Assembly: GCA_963826525.1 (NCBI GenBank)
Contig: CAWGXH010000004.1
Coordinates: forward strand, 1,472,001-1,536,000
DNA length: 64,000 bases
DNA from: an uncultured Methanomicrobiaceae archaeon
GTDB lineage: Archaea; Halobacteriota; Methanomicrobia; Methanomicrobiales; Methanoculleaceae
Reading direction: 5' to 3'
Of the stretch, positions 29,932 through 41,408 are shown piece by piece. Below the pieces are notes generated by a model. The model ran no database searches, was not told the DNA's origin, and was given only the letters and a program-made list of their open reading frames with translations. Each line of letters opens with the position of its first letter. Position 1 is the stretch's first letter. The translations under genes were made by a program, and so were the position numbers.

Positions 29932-32327
29932 TCACTGCACGATGAAATCACCGGTCATGATGGTGGGGTGCACGTCGCAGCGGAAGAAGTAGGTCCCTGG
30001 TTCCTCCGGCGCCGTGAAGGTGTAGGTTATGCTCCCCCGATTGATGATCTCACCGACAAAGATCGGGTCGTTTGCGGCGGAAGTGGTGTACACCGCCAGG
30101 TTGTGCGGGACGTTGTCGAGGTTCGTGAAGTCTACCGTCACGTTCGCACCGGCGGGCACGGTGATGGTATTCGTATCGAAGGCGATGTTCTCAGCCGTCA
30201 GGTTGACCGTTACATTTGCGGGCTGTGCCGGTGTCGTTATCGGGGTGGGGGTGGCATTGCCTGCCTCTTCCCCGGCAGTCACGTAGACTATGGCGGTGAC
30301 CGGTGGATCGAGCGGCGTATGATCGTTGTTGACGAGCTGCACGGAGAAGTTGTGCATGCCGGCCGTGACGTTCTCCCAGGTATAGGAGGTATTGGTGCTC
30401 ACGGCGTAGGATCCATTCTCCGGGACGGCGGGCTTGCCCTGCTCGGTCGGGATAGCGGTATCCATGTAGTAGTGAATATGTCCTTCACCGGGGACGGCTG
30501 CCTGTCCGAGTTTTTCGACAACGGTGAAGTTTGTAACATTCACCTCGACCGTCACATTGCCGACGGAGACGGTCGATCCGTTCTCCGGCATGGTAATGGT
30601 CACGTTCGGCATCCCGGTCATGTTGCCCATAGTCTGGTTTCCGGTCATGTTCCCGGTCGCGTTGCCCATAGTCTGATTCCCGGTTACAGTTCCGGTAACA
30701 TTACCCATGGTCTGATTCCCGGTGGTAACGTTGCCCATGGTCTGGTTTGCGGTCGTGTTCCCGGGCACCGTGACATTGCCGCCCTCCGCCCCCAGCCGAA
30801 GCGCTACCAGCACGGGCTGGTCACCGGAACCTGCGGGCCAGACAATGGTATCGTTCACGACGGCTGGCCAGGCGTTGATGCCTGCGGGGGCCGTCCAGTT
30901 CCAGACTTCCTCGCCGTTCATCCGGTCGAAGGCATAGATGACGCCGTCGTTGGTCGCCGTAAATACGAGATCGTTGACGATCGTAGCGCCGCCGAAGTTC
31001 GGGGAGTCAAACTCCTTGCCCCAGAGCATTTTGCCCGTATCCGCCTCGATAGCGGTTAACCTGCCGACGGACGCGTTGAGGGGCTCCTGGCCGGCTATCC
31101 TGGTGGAGGTGTAGTTGACGGAGAGGTCGAGACTCGGTACATAAACGATGCCGTCGGCATAGGCCATAGGCGTTTCAACCCCGCCGAAGTACCCGGGGGA
31201 GACGGTAACTGTCTCGTTCGGCGGAATTCCGGCAAGCTGGTCGTTCTGGTGCTCGCCGATCACCGCTACCCAGAGAAGTGCTCTGCTGTCGCGGTTGAAG
31301 GCATACACGCGTCCCATCTTACCGGCGCCAATGACGATATCCTGCGCTTCGCCGTTGACGTTCGCGGTGGCGAGGATCGGTGGGATCTGGAGATCATAAT
31401 CGAAGAGGTCGTGCGGAACTGCCTGCGTGTACCACTCCAGGCTTCCGTTCCCGGTTTCGAGGGCCACGATATTGTTGGTATAGAGGTTAGGGGCTGGTCT
31501 GCTCGTTCCGTTCGGCCACTCCTCCGTGCCCGGCCACGGTGCCGGGTTGCCGATACCCCAGTAGGTTACGTTGCGTTCGGTATCGACGGCAGGTGAATAC
31601 CAGGCCCCGCCTCCGCTGTTCACGTCAGGATTGCCCCAGAGGTCCGGCGAGTCGACGGTGCTGAAGCTCCAGGCCACCTCGCCTGTTTCCTGGTCGAGGG
31701 CGTAGATAACGCTAATACCTCCCGGCTGATAGAAGACGTCGCCGGTTCCGGGTACCGTCGAGGTGAGCACCTGACCGCCGTAGACGGACGGTTGGATGTC
31801 GATCCCTTCACCGATAAGTGTACCGGTTTCGTTGACCTTGAGTACAAGTTTCGTCGCCCAGAGTTCCTCACCGTTTGTTGCGTTCAGGGCTGCCATGTTG
31901 AACGGGTCTTTTGCTACGAAGACCTTCCCCCAGCCGACGGCAGGGCCGTTCGGGCCGATAATCGATGCGCCCAGATCTCCGACCCGTTCCGGAGGTCGAG
32001 TGCAAAGACACTGGCGTTGAGGTCCTGGAAGTAGACGGTGTCGCCCATCAGGATTGGGTTACTTGAGGCGGCGCCATACGCACTGGTGGCCGGAATCGCA
32101 AACGCCCAGGCGACCCCGAGATCGTTGACGGTACCGGCGTCTATCGCTGAGTTCATGGTCGCCCGTGAGTTTGCATAGTCATAGTTCGGTAGCGGCCAGT
32201 TCCCTGCGTACGCGATAACCTCGGGAGGAATGCTCCCGGTGGCGTTCGCAGTCTCGTTCTCCTGGGCGCACGCACCCAGCGGAACGATCATCTCCAATAA
32301 GGCGATGGCAATTAGTATTCCTTGCAT
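29932..32327 (-). CDS. Secreted PQQ-dehydrogenase-like beta-propeller + His-motif Ig-like domain + C-terminal cupredoxin (frameshift near 31960)
   Basis: Signal peptide, W..docking repeats (GEELW, GEVAW, GKMLW, GEEVW), GGGAWYSPAVD, GIGNPAPW, NLYTN, PHDLFDYD, GEGHIHYY, and PHN...CDVHPTIM. Confidence 0.85.
30615..30770 (-). repeat. Tandem GNQTMGN(V/A/M)T-coding repeats (sequon-rich linker)
   Basis: Four copies of (g/a)tt(g/a)cccat(a/g)gtctg in the DNA. Confidence 0.75.
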
Positions 32328-32664
32328 TTTTATACCTGCGACCGCATCGATAGCGGCACGGATCTCTTCTGCCCCGATCAGACGAGGGCGCAGGATGGCG
32401 GAGAAGCAGTTCAAGGCGGCAGGAAAACCCGGTGATACCGGGCTGCTATTGTTCTTGGGGAAAGTGGGTATCATAGGATGACGGAATATAGACCTCTGGC
32501 GAGTCCCTCCCCTCGTCGAAAGCAGTCCGGGGCGGAGGTGACCGACATTCACTCGCAAGCCCCCGAGCGCTTCGCTACGAGGGACGGGTGCCTGAAAAAA
32601 AGACGTGAATCGGATCTGCACCGGCAGGATACAAACCCTGGAATACGCCAGGTTCGGAATGCGG

Positions 32665-33114
32665 TTATGCCGTGATGCTCTCGGGCGGGTTAACTTCGAC
32701 GAGCCGGATCTCGAATGTCAGATCTTTGCCTGCAAGTGGGTGGTTGGCATCCAGGGTCACACTCGACTCGGAGACATCACTGATCGTGACGAAAAATGTT
32801 CTGCCGTCAGGCTGGCTGATCTGCAGTTGCTGGCCGGTTTCAGGCTGGATATCCTCCGGAAACTGTTCGCGTTCCACTTCGAGCAGCATCTCGTCACGGT
32901 GAGAGCCATACGCCTCATCCGCAGGGACGGTGGTGGTCTTCGTCTCCCCGGGTTCCATCCCGACAACCGCCTGTTCGAAGCCCGATATGACCTGCCCTTC
33001 GCCGATCGTAAACTCTATCGGCTCTCTCTCGTCCGAACTGTCAAAAACCGTCCCATCCTGTAATTTTCCCGTGTAATGCACCTTAACGGTGTCTCCTTCT
33101 TTTGCCTGTGCCAT
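32665..33114 (-). CDS. slyD: FKBP-type peptidyl-prolyl isomerase (SlyD-like)
   Basis: [19 protein letters not shown] and [13 protein letters not shown] motifs. Confidence 0.9.
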   Translation of the reverse strand: MAQAKEGDTVKVHYTGKLQDGTVFDSSDEREPIEFTIGEGQVISGFEQAVVGMEPGETKTTTVPADEAYGSHRDEMLLEVEREQFPEDIQPETGQQLQISQPDGRTFFVTISDVSESSVTLDANHPLAGKDLTFEIRLVEVNPPESITA

Positions 33115-33330
33115 GCTACTCACCGCCCCCCCGAGGGGAGACCAGATTATAAATAAATTTTGATACCGTGTGTAAAGTAATTATCCCTTTAAAATGATGT
33201 TTCTCTGCCGTATCCCGCATCGGACGCCTCGACCGGCCGTCCGGCCGTGGAGAGTGCAGACACGACCCGGAGAAGCCAGAGGGGATACCGGTCGTGCGGC
33301 ACGAGGGGTGGATTGTAGCCTCCTCCCTGC

Positions 33331-33911
33331 TCACCGCTCGCCGGGCTCGACGCTGTACATGCCCGGGTGACCTGAAGGCCCCGGGGTGTACTCTCCATTC
33401 TCAAGGTCCGGCCACCTCGGGATGGTTCCATCGGTATCTTTGAGCGGCACCGGGGGTGCGATGCCTGGGTGAGCGTCGCCACTCCATACATCGCGATCCC
33501 CGAGACAATCACGGGAACGAAGGTGAAGAAGACCGTCCACGCATTGTCGGGCGGGGTGACGACAACCGCCCCGGCCTCGACTGAGGGGGAGATGCACCCG
33601 AGGACGACCGTTGCAAACCCCGAAAGCATCGACGCGATACCTGCCGGGGCGTTTGCTCTCTTCCGGAAGAGCCCGCAGACCACTGCCCGAAAGAGACCGG
33701 CGAAGAGCAGTGCAAACCCGAAGATCACAATCTCGTAGATTCCCGGGGCTCCAAGGCCGATGCCGATGCAGAGGAGACCTATCCCCACGACGAGGAGGCG
33801 GGTGAACCTGAGGACGCACTTTTCATCGCAGGGGTGATCGGAGACTGCACCGTGGATGAAGTCGGTCGAGAGCACTGCCGAGAAGGTACAGGGCGATGAT
33901 GAGTGCTGCAA
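33331..33911 (-). pseudogene. C-terminal remnant of a sodium:solute symporter family protein
   Basis: STDF...RFTR..V, GLF.KRAN..G.IASML.G motif. No N-terminal half present and the sequence is degenerate. Confidence 0.55.
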
Positions 33912-34100
33912 GGTCCATCTGAAAATCAGTATCTGGCTTCGCGCAGTATCTTAAAGAAATGTTGATTTAATCCTATCTGCTCGCTCAATGCTGAATTTTA
34001 CCCGCTAAAATCCCGATTTTTTCGGGATTCCCCGATTATTGCATGGAAACCGGTGAGCGGCCAGAGGTATCCCGGATCTGCCGCCTCTCCTGACGGAGCC

Positions 34101-36144
34101 TTACCGGAACCGCTGCCAGAGGATTCTCCCCATAACCCGGAAGGTGAAGTCCAGTTCCTCGAAACTTGGAATCCCGTTCTCCTTCAGGATATCACGGCCG
34201 CGCTGCATCGAGTCGCCGCCGAGGAGTGCTCCGACGACCATATTCTCGGTCTTCTCTGCAAACAGGACGGTCTGGTTTGCCAGCTGGTCGGATTTCATCA
34301 CGAGGTTCGGGAACCCGATGATGAACGCGATATCCCAGGCATCCTGGTGGCGGATCAGCGCATCGAAGACCTTCTCAAATCGCTTCTCGCCGGCATCCCC
34401 GAGGAGATCCATGGGATTAGCGTGGTTCCAGAACTCGGGCAGGAACTCATTGAGTTCTTCGAGGAGCGTAGGCGGTAGATCGATGAGGTCGATACCGTAC
34501 CGCTCGGCATAGTCGGAGGAGAGAACCGAGAAACCGCCTGCGTTCGTCACCACAACCGCCCGTTTCCCCCGTGGATACCCCTTTGGGGATGCAAGCATCT
34601 CGGCAACCTGGAAAGCTCCCGTCAGGGTGTGGACAGGGATGACGCCTGAATTCCGGAACGCTTCCATGTAGACCTCATACGACCCGGAGAGCGATCCCGT
34701 ATGCGAGGAGGCGGCTGCCTGCCCCTTCTGCGAGGAACCCGACTTTATTGCAACGACCGGTTTGCTCTTCGAGACCTCGCCGACCACCTTCGTGAAGGTC
34801 GTGCCGTCCTGGATCTCCTCGATGTAGAGGATGATGCCCTTCGTCTTCGGGTCGCGCTCCACGAACCGGAGGTAGTCTATGAAGTTAAGGTCTGCCTGGT
34901 TGCCTACCGAGACGACCGCGGAGAACCCGATGTCGTGGGCGATGCTCCAGTCCACAACGGTGTTGATGATCGCACCGCTCTGGGAGATGAATGCGATGCT
35001 GCCGGGCTTTGGAGACTCGTGCACGTAGGTCGTATCGATCCCCCGCGGGGGAATGATCAGGCCGAGACAGTTCGGCCCTACGATTCGGGTACCGTACCGC
35101 TCTGCTATCTCGACGATCCGATCCTCGAGCGCCTTTCCGGTCTCGCCCATCTCTTTGAACCCTGCTGTAATGATGACGGCGATGGCAACCCCTTTCTGCC
35201 CGCATTCCTCGATCACTGCGGGGACGTGGTTTGCGGGAACGGTGATGACCGCCATATCGACCGGGCTCTGAATGGCAGCGATGGAGGGATAGGCTTTCAG
35301 TCCCTGGATGTCCGCGCGTTTGTTGTTCACAGGGTAGAGTTGTCCCGGGAAGTGGAGGAGGTTGTGCAGGACGGCGTACCCCATCTTCTTCGGGTCCGAG
35401 GAGGCGCCGACGACGGCAATAGACCGGGGGGCGAAGTACCTCGAGCGGGACAAGGGGTCGCTCCTGTACCCTCTGCTCCTCGGCTTCGTCGTCAACGAAT
35501 ATCCGGGCATCGACGATGCAGGCGCCGGACTCGTAGAGGCGGAGCGGGTTGATGTCGAATTCCACGACGTGGGTATTCTCCGCGAAGAACCGGTGAACCG
35601 CAGAGATGATCTGCACAAGCGTTTCCTCGTCCTTGGGTTTCATTCCCCGGTACCCTTTGATGACGGGATAGCCGTTGATCTCCCTGACCATCTGGCGAAT
35701 CGACGCCTCGTCGATGGGGAGGATCCGCAGCGTGACGTCTTTCATCAGTTCGACGAGCGTTCCGCCCATCCCGAACGTCAACACTTTCCCGAAGGCCGGG
35801 TCGGTCTTGCCGCCGATGATAAGCTCGAGTCCGGGCGCGGCCTGCTGCTCGACGATGACTCCTTTTATCCCGGCATCGGGGTTGTATGCCTTCGCATTTG
35901 CAACGATTCGATCGAATGCCTCGAGGGCTGCCTCTTTCGAACCTATACCGACGATCACGCCGCCGGCATCGCTCTTATGAATGATCTCCGGAGAGTAGAT
36001 CTTCATGACAACCGGATAGCCGATCTTCTCCGCCGCTTCGCCTGCCTCCGCGGCCGACTCTACAATGCTGTAATCCGGCACCGGAATTTGGTACTGCTGT
36101 AAGAGATCGTATGACTCGTATTCACTCAACATGTGTCGTGACAT
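34101..36144 (-). CDS. ADP-forming acetate/acyl-CoA ligase, fused beta-alpha type (frameshift near 35440)
   Basis: GYPVVMK, HKSDAGGV and DINP (ATP-grasp); then SIAVVGAS, GPNCLG, SQSG, SHTG and NPMD. Confidence 0.9.
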
Positions 36145-36364
36145 GGTATGGTACCTCGGAGTATGAGTACGTCAGTTTCCGGCATTACTGCCAATTTCAT
36201 TCAAGAAAGAGCAATGAATAGTCTCTGAATGAACCATACCTATATGATGGGAAGTACATTAAACGTTCTGGATTTCGGGCGGCCTCTTGATGATTGGCAT
36301 GCCGGTATTCTGATGAAAAGAGGATGCACCTGTCCGGATCGCCTCTCCAATGAGGGGCGGGGGG

Positions 36365-36994
36365 TTAGATAACCCGCTCCATGCGGCGGGTCACCTCGTC
36401 CCAGTTGACGATGTTCCAGAACGCGTCGACGAATTGACCCCTGTTGTTCCGGTAGTCGACGTAATAGGCGTGTTCCCAGACGTCGAGGACCATCAGGATC
36501 GGGGCGGAGGGATAGACATCGTTGCTGTGTTTTTCGATCTGCATGATGAGCGGCCTGCCGCTCAGGGGCTCCATCACAAGAGCCGCCCATCCCGACCCTT
36601 CGACGCTGGATGCGGCCTGTGAGAATTCCTTTTTAAACCGGTCGAAACTGCCGAACTCCCGGTCGAGTGCGTCCGCGAGAGCCCCGCCCGGTGTTCCGCC
36701 GCCTCCTTTGCCTGCCGGTGCCATCGTAGGCCAGAAGAGCGAGTGGAGGCTATGTCCGCCGATGTTGAACGAGAACTCCTTAAGCGCCGCTTTCTCGTCG
36801 ATATCGGCATTATCCCGCCGTGCCTGCTCGATCTTCTCGAGATTCGTATTGGCACCTTTCACGTATCCCTGGTGGTGCTTGTCGTGGTGGAGGGAGAGTT
36901 GCTCCCGGGAGATATACGGTTCGAGGGCGCTTGTATCGTAGGGGAGAGCGGGAAGTTCATACTTCTTCTGCATCTGCATCTGTTCCTGTGCCAT
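36365..36994 (-). CDS. sod: Fe/Mn superoxide dismutase
   Basis: LHHDKHH, GGH.LH and DVWEHAYY motifs. Confidence 0.97.
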   Translation of the reverse strand: MAQEQMQMQKKYELPALPYDTSALEPYISREQLSLHHDKHHQGYVKGANTNLEKIEQARRDNADIDEKAALKEFSFNIGGHSLHSLFWPTMAPAGKGGGGTPGGALADALDREFGSFDRFKKEFSQAASSVEGSGWAALVMEPLSGRPLIMQIEKHSNDVYPSAPILMVLDVWEHAYYVDYRNNRGQFVDAFWNIVNWDEVTRRMERVI

Positions 36995-37514
36995 TCACGT
37001 ATCACCTCATGGTACGATACCGGAAAGAGAGTACTCGGGCATTATTAGCGTGTCGGTGCAGGCGGGAGATCCGGCTGAAACCGTGGGGTTGCTGATCATA
37101 CGGGTTGAAACTGCGGTGTTCATCAGTTCCACCCATTCCTCCGGCAGGTACGGGTGCCGGGCTCTCCGGCAGTTTTCAGAGTCGCGAAGGGGATCCAGTA
37201 CCTGCTGGATTTGTACAGCTTCGCTGGATTTGTACATCCTTGCTGCATATCATTTCACAAATGTTAAGTACTCGCTTCTGTCAATCTTCCGACACCGGAC
37301 CGTTGTACTATTCCGAGCCTTCAGGTGGCTTCAATCACGTCCCGGGCAGGGGAGAACCGGGTATTGTGGCATGAAACGCGAACAGATGGTTCTTGTCCCT
37401 GGTCGGTACCCGTCACCGTCCGGGATGCGCCGTGCCGTTTTCTCCAGGCACGGGCGCCGGCTGATCCATAGTCGAAGAAGCGGTGTGTGCCGCTCTGAGT
37501 GTGTATGTGATACC

Positions 37515-40224
37515 ATGCAGAAATATGAACGAAGAATTGGCCTGCTCCTAATTGCCCTGATCTCGATCGCGCTCATCTCCTCCCCGGCCGCAGCCCGGGA
37601 CGGACTCAAGGGAATCTATTCTGGCGATACGATCTATGCCGGCGAGGAAGACCTTGACCTGACCGGCGTCGCCCCCGGCATCACCCGTCTCGTCCACTAC
37701 TACGACTTCACGGCCGGAACCGTCGACAACATGATCGATGTGGCGAGCGCGAACAACTTCGACCTCTCCGCAGCGTATGTCGGCGGCATCACCGGCACCT
37801 ACTATGCATGGGACAACGCCGGCCTGATCGCCGGAAACCCGTTCGTCGTCGTCACGGTCCCGGCTGTGACCCTCGACGTCGTCCTGAATGACTCCCGGAC
37901 CGTCTCGGTGAACGGCAAATCCGTCTCCTGCGGCACGCCGCTCGCCTTCGCGCTCCAGAACAACGTTGGTGGGCTGTATGCCACTCCGGCGGTCGCCTTC
38001 ATGGACGTCGAGGTCACCACCCCCGCTGGCGGGAAGCTCATCCAGTTCGGCGGCGTCGGTCCTGCGGGCGTCCCGATCAACGCGTCCAAAATTTACGTAG
38101 GCGGCATAAACCTCGCCAGCGTTGAAGCCGGTATCTACACTGCTCAGGCACGGTGGAACGATGCGACCGGTCTTGCCGACAAGGGGTATGACTCGAACAC
38201 CGTCAGTTTTCAGGTTACCGTTCCGGCTCTCACGATGGAGGCCAACAAGGAGAGCGTCATCCGCGGCAACACCTTCGTCGTGACCATCATCGGTGAGTCC
38301 GGGAAGGCTTATTGGCTTTACGTCAGGGATGCGGGGCTCGCGAGCAATCAGTATCCCCTGGTCGCACCCGGGCAGCCGGGTGTCGTCCCCGGGACGAACC
38401 TGCCCGGCGTCACCGACGCTGCAGATGTCCTCTACACCCGGGCTCAGATCACTACCAACGCCGCCGGCACCCGAACGGTCATGTTCAACACCACCACTGC
38501 CACGGACGAGCGGCGTTTCACGATCAAGGTCGTCGACCCGGACGACACCTCCGTATCCGATACGGTCATGGTGGCGGTCGAGCGGGGAGTTGTCACCCTG
38601 ACGGCATCCGGCACCGGCGTCTACTATGTGGGTGAAGAGATCGTGCTCTCCGGCACCAACACCGACAACACGACGACCTATCTCTTCCTGACCGGCCCGA
38701 ACCTCCCGGTCGGCGGTGTCAGGCTCGACAATGTGACTGCTTCCGTCGTGGATGACTCGGCCGCCTCGTTCACCCTGGCCGGCGTCCGGTACGACGACAT
38801 CTGGGAGTACCGGTGGGATACATCGGCGATCGGTCCATCGCTGGATTCCGGCTGTTACACCATCTACGCCGTCTCCGCGCCGAGGTCAAAGGGAAACCTT
38901 GCAGACGCAGAGTACTCGACCGCGTCCGTCGTCCTGAAGACCCCCGGCATCGAGGCAACGGCAAGCGCGAGCACCGTTGCCAGGGGTGACTCGCTGACCA
39001 TCTCCGGGACGGCGGAGGGCAACCCGGACAACATCTACATCTGGATCTTCGGCAGGAACGACCGCCTGCTCGGCGAGCCCGTGACCGTTGCGCGCGACGC
39101 CTCCTTCGAATACAAGATCAACCATTTCGGGGCTGATGCCTATCTCTCGGGCCAGTACTTCGTCGTCGTCCAGCACCCGATGATGAACGGCCTGCAGGAC
39201 GTCCACCTGGTTGCAGGAACGACCGCGACCATCACCTCTCCCGGCATGACCAACATCGACCTCGCAAACCTGCAGGCATCCGACGCGGCGACCGCCCTCA
39301 TGACCGCTATGAACTCACCGAATGTGGACGATACCTACACCAATCTGACCTTCTACGTGGAGGAGTCCTGGATCCGGATCGATCCTCTTGAGAACCTGAC
39401 CGTCGGCAGCACCTTCGCCATCTCCGGCACCACCAACCTGGCGCCCGGCGACGAGCTGCTGATCGACGTGACGAGCGCATCCTTCCACCCGGACGAGAAT
39501 ACCACGAGTCTACGATTTCAGCGGCGCTTCCGGCACGGTGACCGTCCAGCAGGGTGAGCCCGATAACACCTGGTTCTTTATGGTCGATGCCTCCGCATTC
39601 CTGCCCGACGACTACATCGTCAACGTCGTGAGCGTGGAGACCGGTGCATGGGAGACCACGACCTTCACGCTGGGTGATGGGCCCAATCCGCCGCCGCCCT
39701 CCTCTGACACTGTGATAAACCTCGCAAAAGGCTGGAACTTTGTCTCGGTCCCGAAACGGCTTGCCGACGGGAACAACACCGCAGCCCTGGTCTTCGGAGC
39801 CGTCGATATGGCGGGGCACTCGCTCTTCCGCTACGAGGCGGCGACAAAATCCTGGAGCGCTCTCGATGCCGGCAGCGTGATTGAACCCCTGGACGGCTAC
39901 TGGGTCTACGCGAATAGCAGCACCTCTGTCGGCCTGTTCTTCGCGGGCGGCGGTATGACGGCGCCGCCGTCAAAGACCCTCTTGCAGGGCTGGAACGCGA
40001 TCGGGTTCTCAAGCCCCGTTTCCGCCACGGCACGCGACGCACTCTGGTCGGTGGCAGGATCGTGGACAAACGCCATCGGCTGGGATGCTGAATACCAGGG
40101 ATACGGGCTTGCGATCATCAACGGCGGCAGCGGTGCGTACAGCGACAGCCGCACGATGGAGCCGGGGTGGGGCTACTGGCTTTTCATGACCGAAGGAGGG
40201 GAGCTGGCAGCTCTTACGGGATAG
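37515..40224 (+). CDS. S-layer glycoprotein-like protein (MEMAR_RS02690/DUF3821-like) with C-terminal GWN-repeat domain (frameshift near 39510)
   Basis: Signal peptide; GEEIVLSGTNT, YLFLTGPNL, GQYFVVVQHPMMN, SPNVDDTY and ISGTTNLAPGD; tail LAKGWNFVSVP and LLQGWNAIG. Confidence 0.8.
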
Positions 40225-40225
40225 C

Positions 40226-41134
40226 ATGACACGATTCGCAGTTATCCGCTGGCTTCTGGCGTTCTGCCTCGTCTTCGCCGGTATCGGAGGGGCTGCTGCG
40301 GCTCCTCCGCTTCCCCCGCCCTTGCCCTGCAGTTTCTTCGGCAACGTCACGGTGAACGCCGATCCGGCACCGGCCGGGACGGTCGTCACCGCACTGATCG
40401 GCGGGAGTGAAAGCGGCTCCCTGACCACGACCGAATCCGGGAAGTACGGCGGAAGCGAGGCATGGGACACGAAACTCCTCGTCCAGGGAGCCGAGACCGA
40501 TGTGGGGCAGACGATAACCTTTCGGGTGAATGGCGCTGCTGCCCGCGAGACCGCGACGTATACGCCGGGCGCCGTTCAGGCTCTCGACCTCACCGTCGCG
40601 GCCGGCAGCATTGTAGTGAGCAGCCCGGTGGCGTCCCCGTCCCGTATCCCGACTGACGACGACGGCACGCCGGGATGGGGCGAGACGGCGAACCTCTCCG
40701 TGACGGTGACCGGTGCGGGTGTCGCATCGGTGACGGTCGATCTCTCGGTGATCGGCGGTTCGGCAGCGTCGATGGCCGACGACGCGGGGGACGGCATCTG
40801 GACGGCGGGCACGGCCGCCACCGTCCCGTCGCCGTTCGAGGATGGTGTCTACCTGCCGGTGTACCTGTCCGTGAACGCGACCGATACCGCCGGCAACAGC
40901 AGCACGACCGCCTCGATCCCGCTCACGGTCGTGAAGAACGGGGATGCGAACGAGGATAACCGGGTCTCGCTCTACGACGCCGTCTACATCGCCCGGCACA
41001 CGCTCGGGACGGAGGGCTACCCGATGACGGAGAGCGTCGGCGAGGTCTCGGGCGACGGTGAGGCGTCGATCAACGATGCGATGTACCTCGCAAAGCACGT
41101 GCTCGCGATTCCCGGGTTCGAACACCTGCACTGA
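40226..41134 (+). CDS. Secreted protein with C-terminal dockerin-like duplicated EF-hand
   Basis: Signal peptide, PPLPCSFFGNVTVN domain, GDANEDNRVSLYDAVY and GEVSGDGEASINDAMY. Confidence 0.8.
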   Translation: MTRFAVIRWLLAFCLVFAGIGGAAAAPPLPPPLPCSFFGNVTVNADPAPAGTVVTALIGGSESGSLTTTESGKYGGSEAWDTKLLVQGAETDVGQTITFRVNGAAARETATYTPGAVQALDLTVAAGSIVVSSPVASPSRIPTDDDGTPGWGETANLSVTVTGAGVASVTVDLSVIGGSAASMADDAGDGIWTAGTAATVPSPFEDGVYLPVYLSVNATDTAGNSSTTASIPLTVVKNGDANEDNRVSLYDAVYIARHTLGTEGYPMTESVGEVSGDGEASINDAMYLAKHVLAIPGFEHLH

Positions 41135-41408
41135 GAAGGGACTCTCTCTCCTTTTTACCGCTCCGGCATCATGACGGCGTTCATTATGAGGCCTCCGGGT
41201 TGCTCTGGTCAGCGGGTCTTCCGCCGGAAAGGTGCCCTTCGTGAGGGCAAAGGTCGAGGTACCCCTCTCCCAGTGACTACTTCCTCTGCGGCCAGCTGTT
41301 CGAACGAATGATTGGGCGGTCGCTCTTCGGATACAGGTGCTGAACCGAAACGGCGGAACGAAAATCAGCGTTTATTAATACTTTTTTTTATAATGACCCT
41401 TGGGATAT

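Noticed and set aside
31380-31430. Lanthanide-dependent dehydrogenase, based on the DYD motif
   Set aside because: D-x-D in HDLxDxD also occurs in Ca/Mg-type quinoprotein glucose dehydrogenases, so it is not diagnostic by itself.
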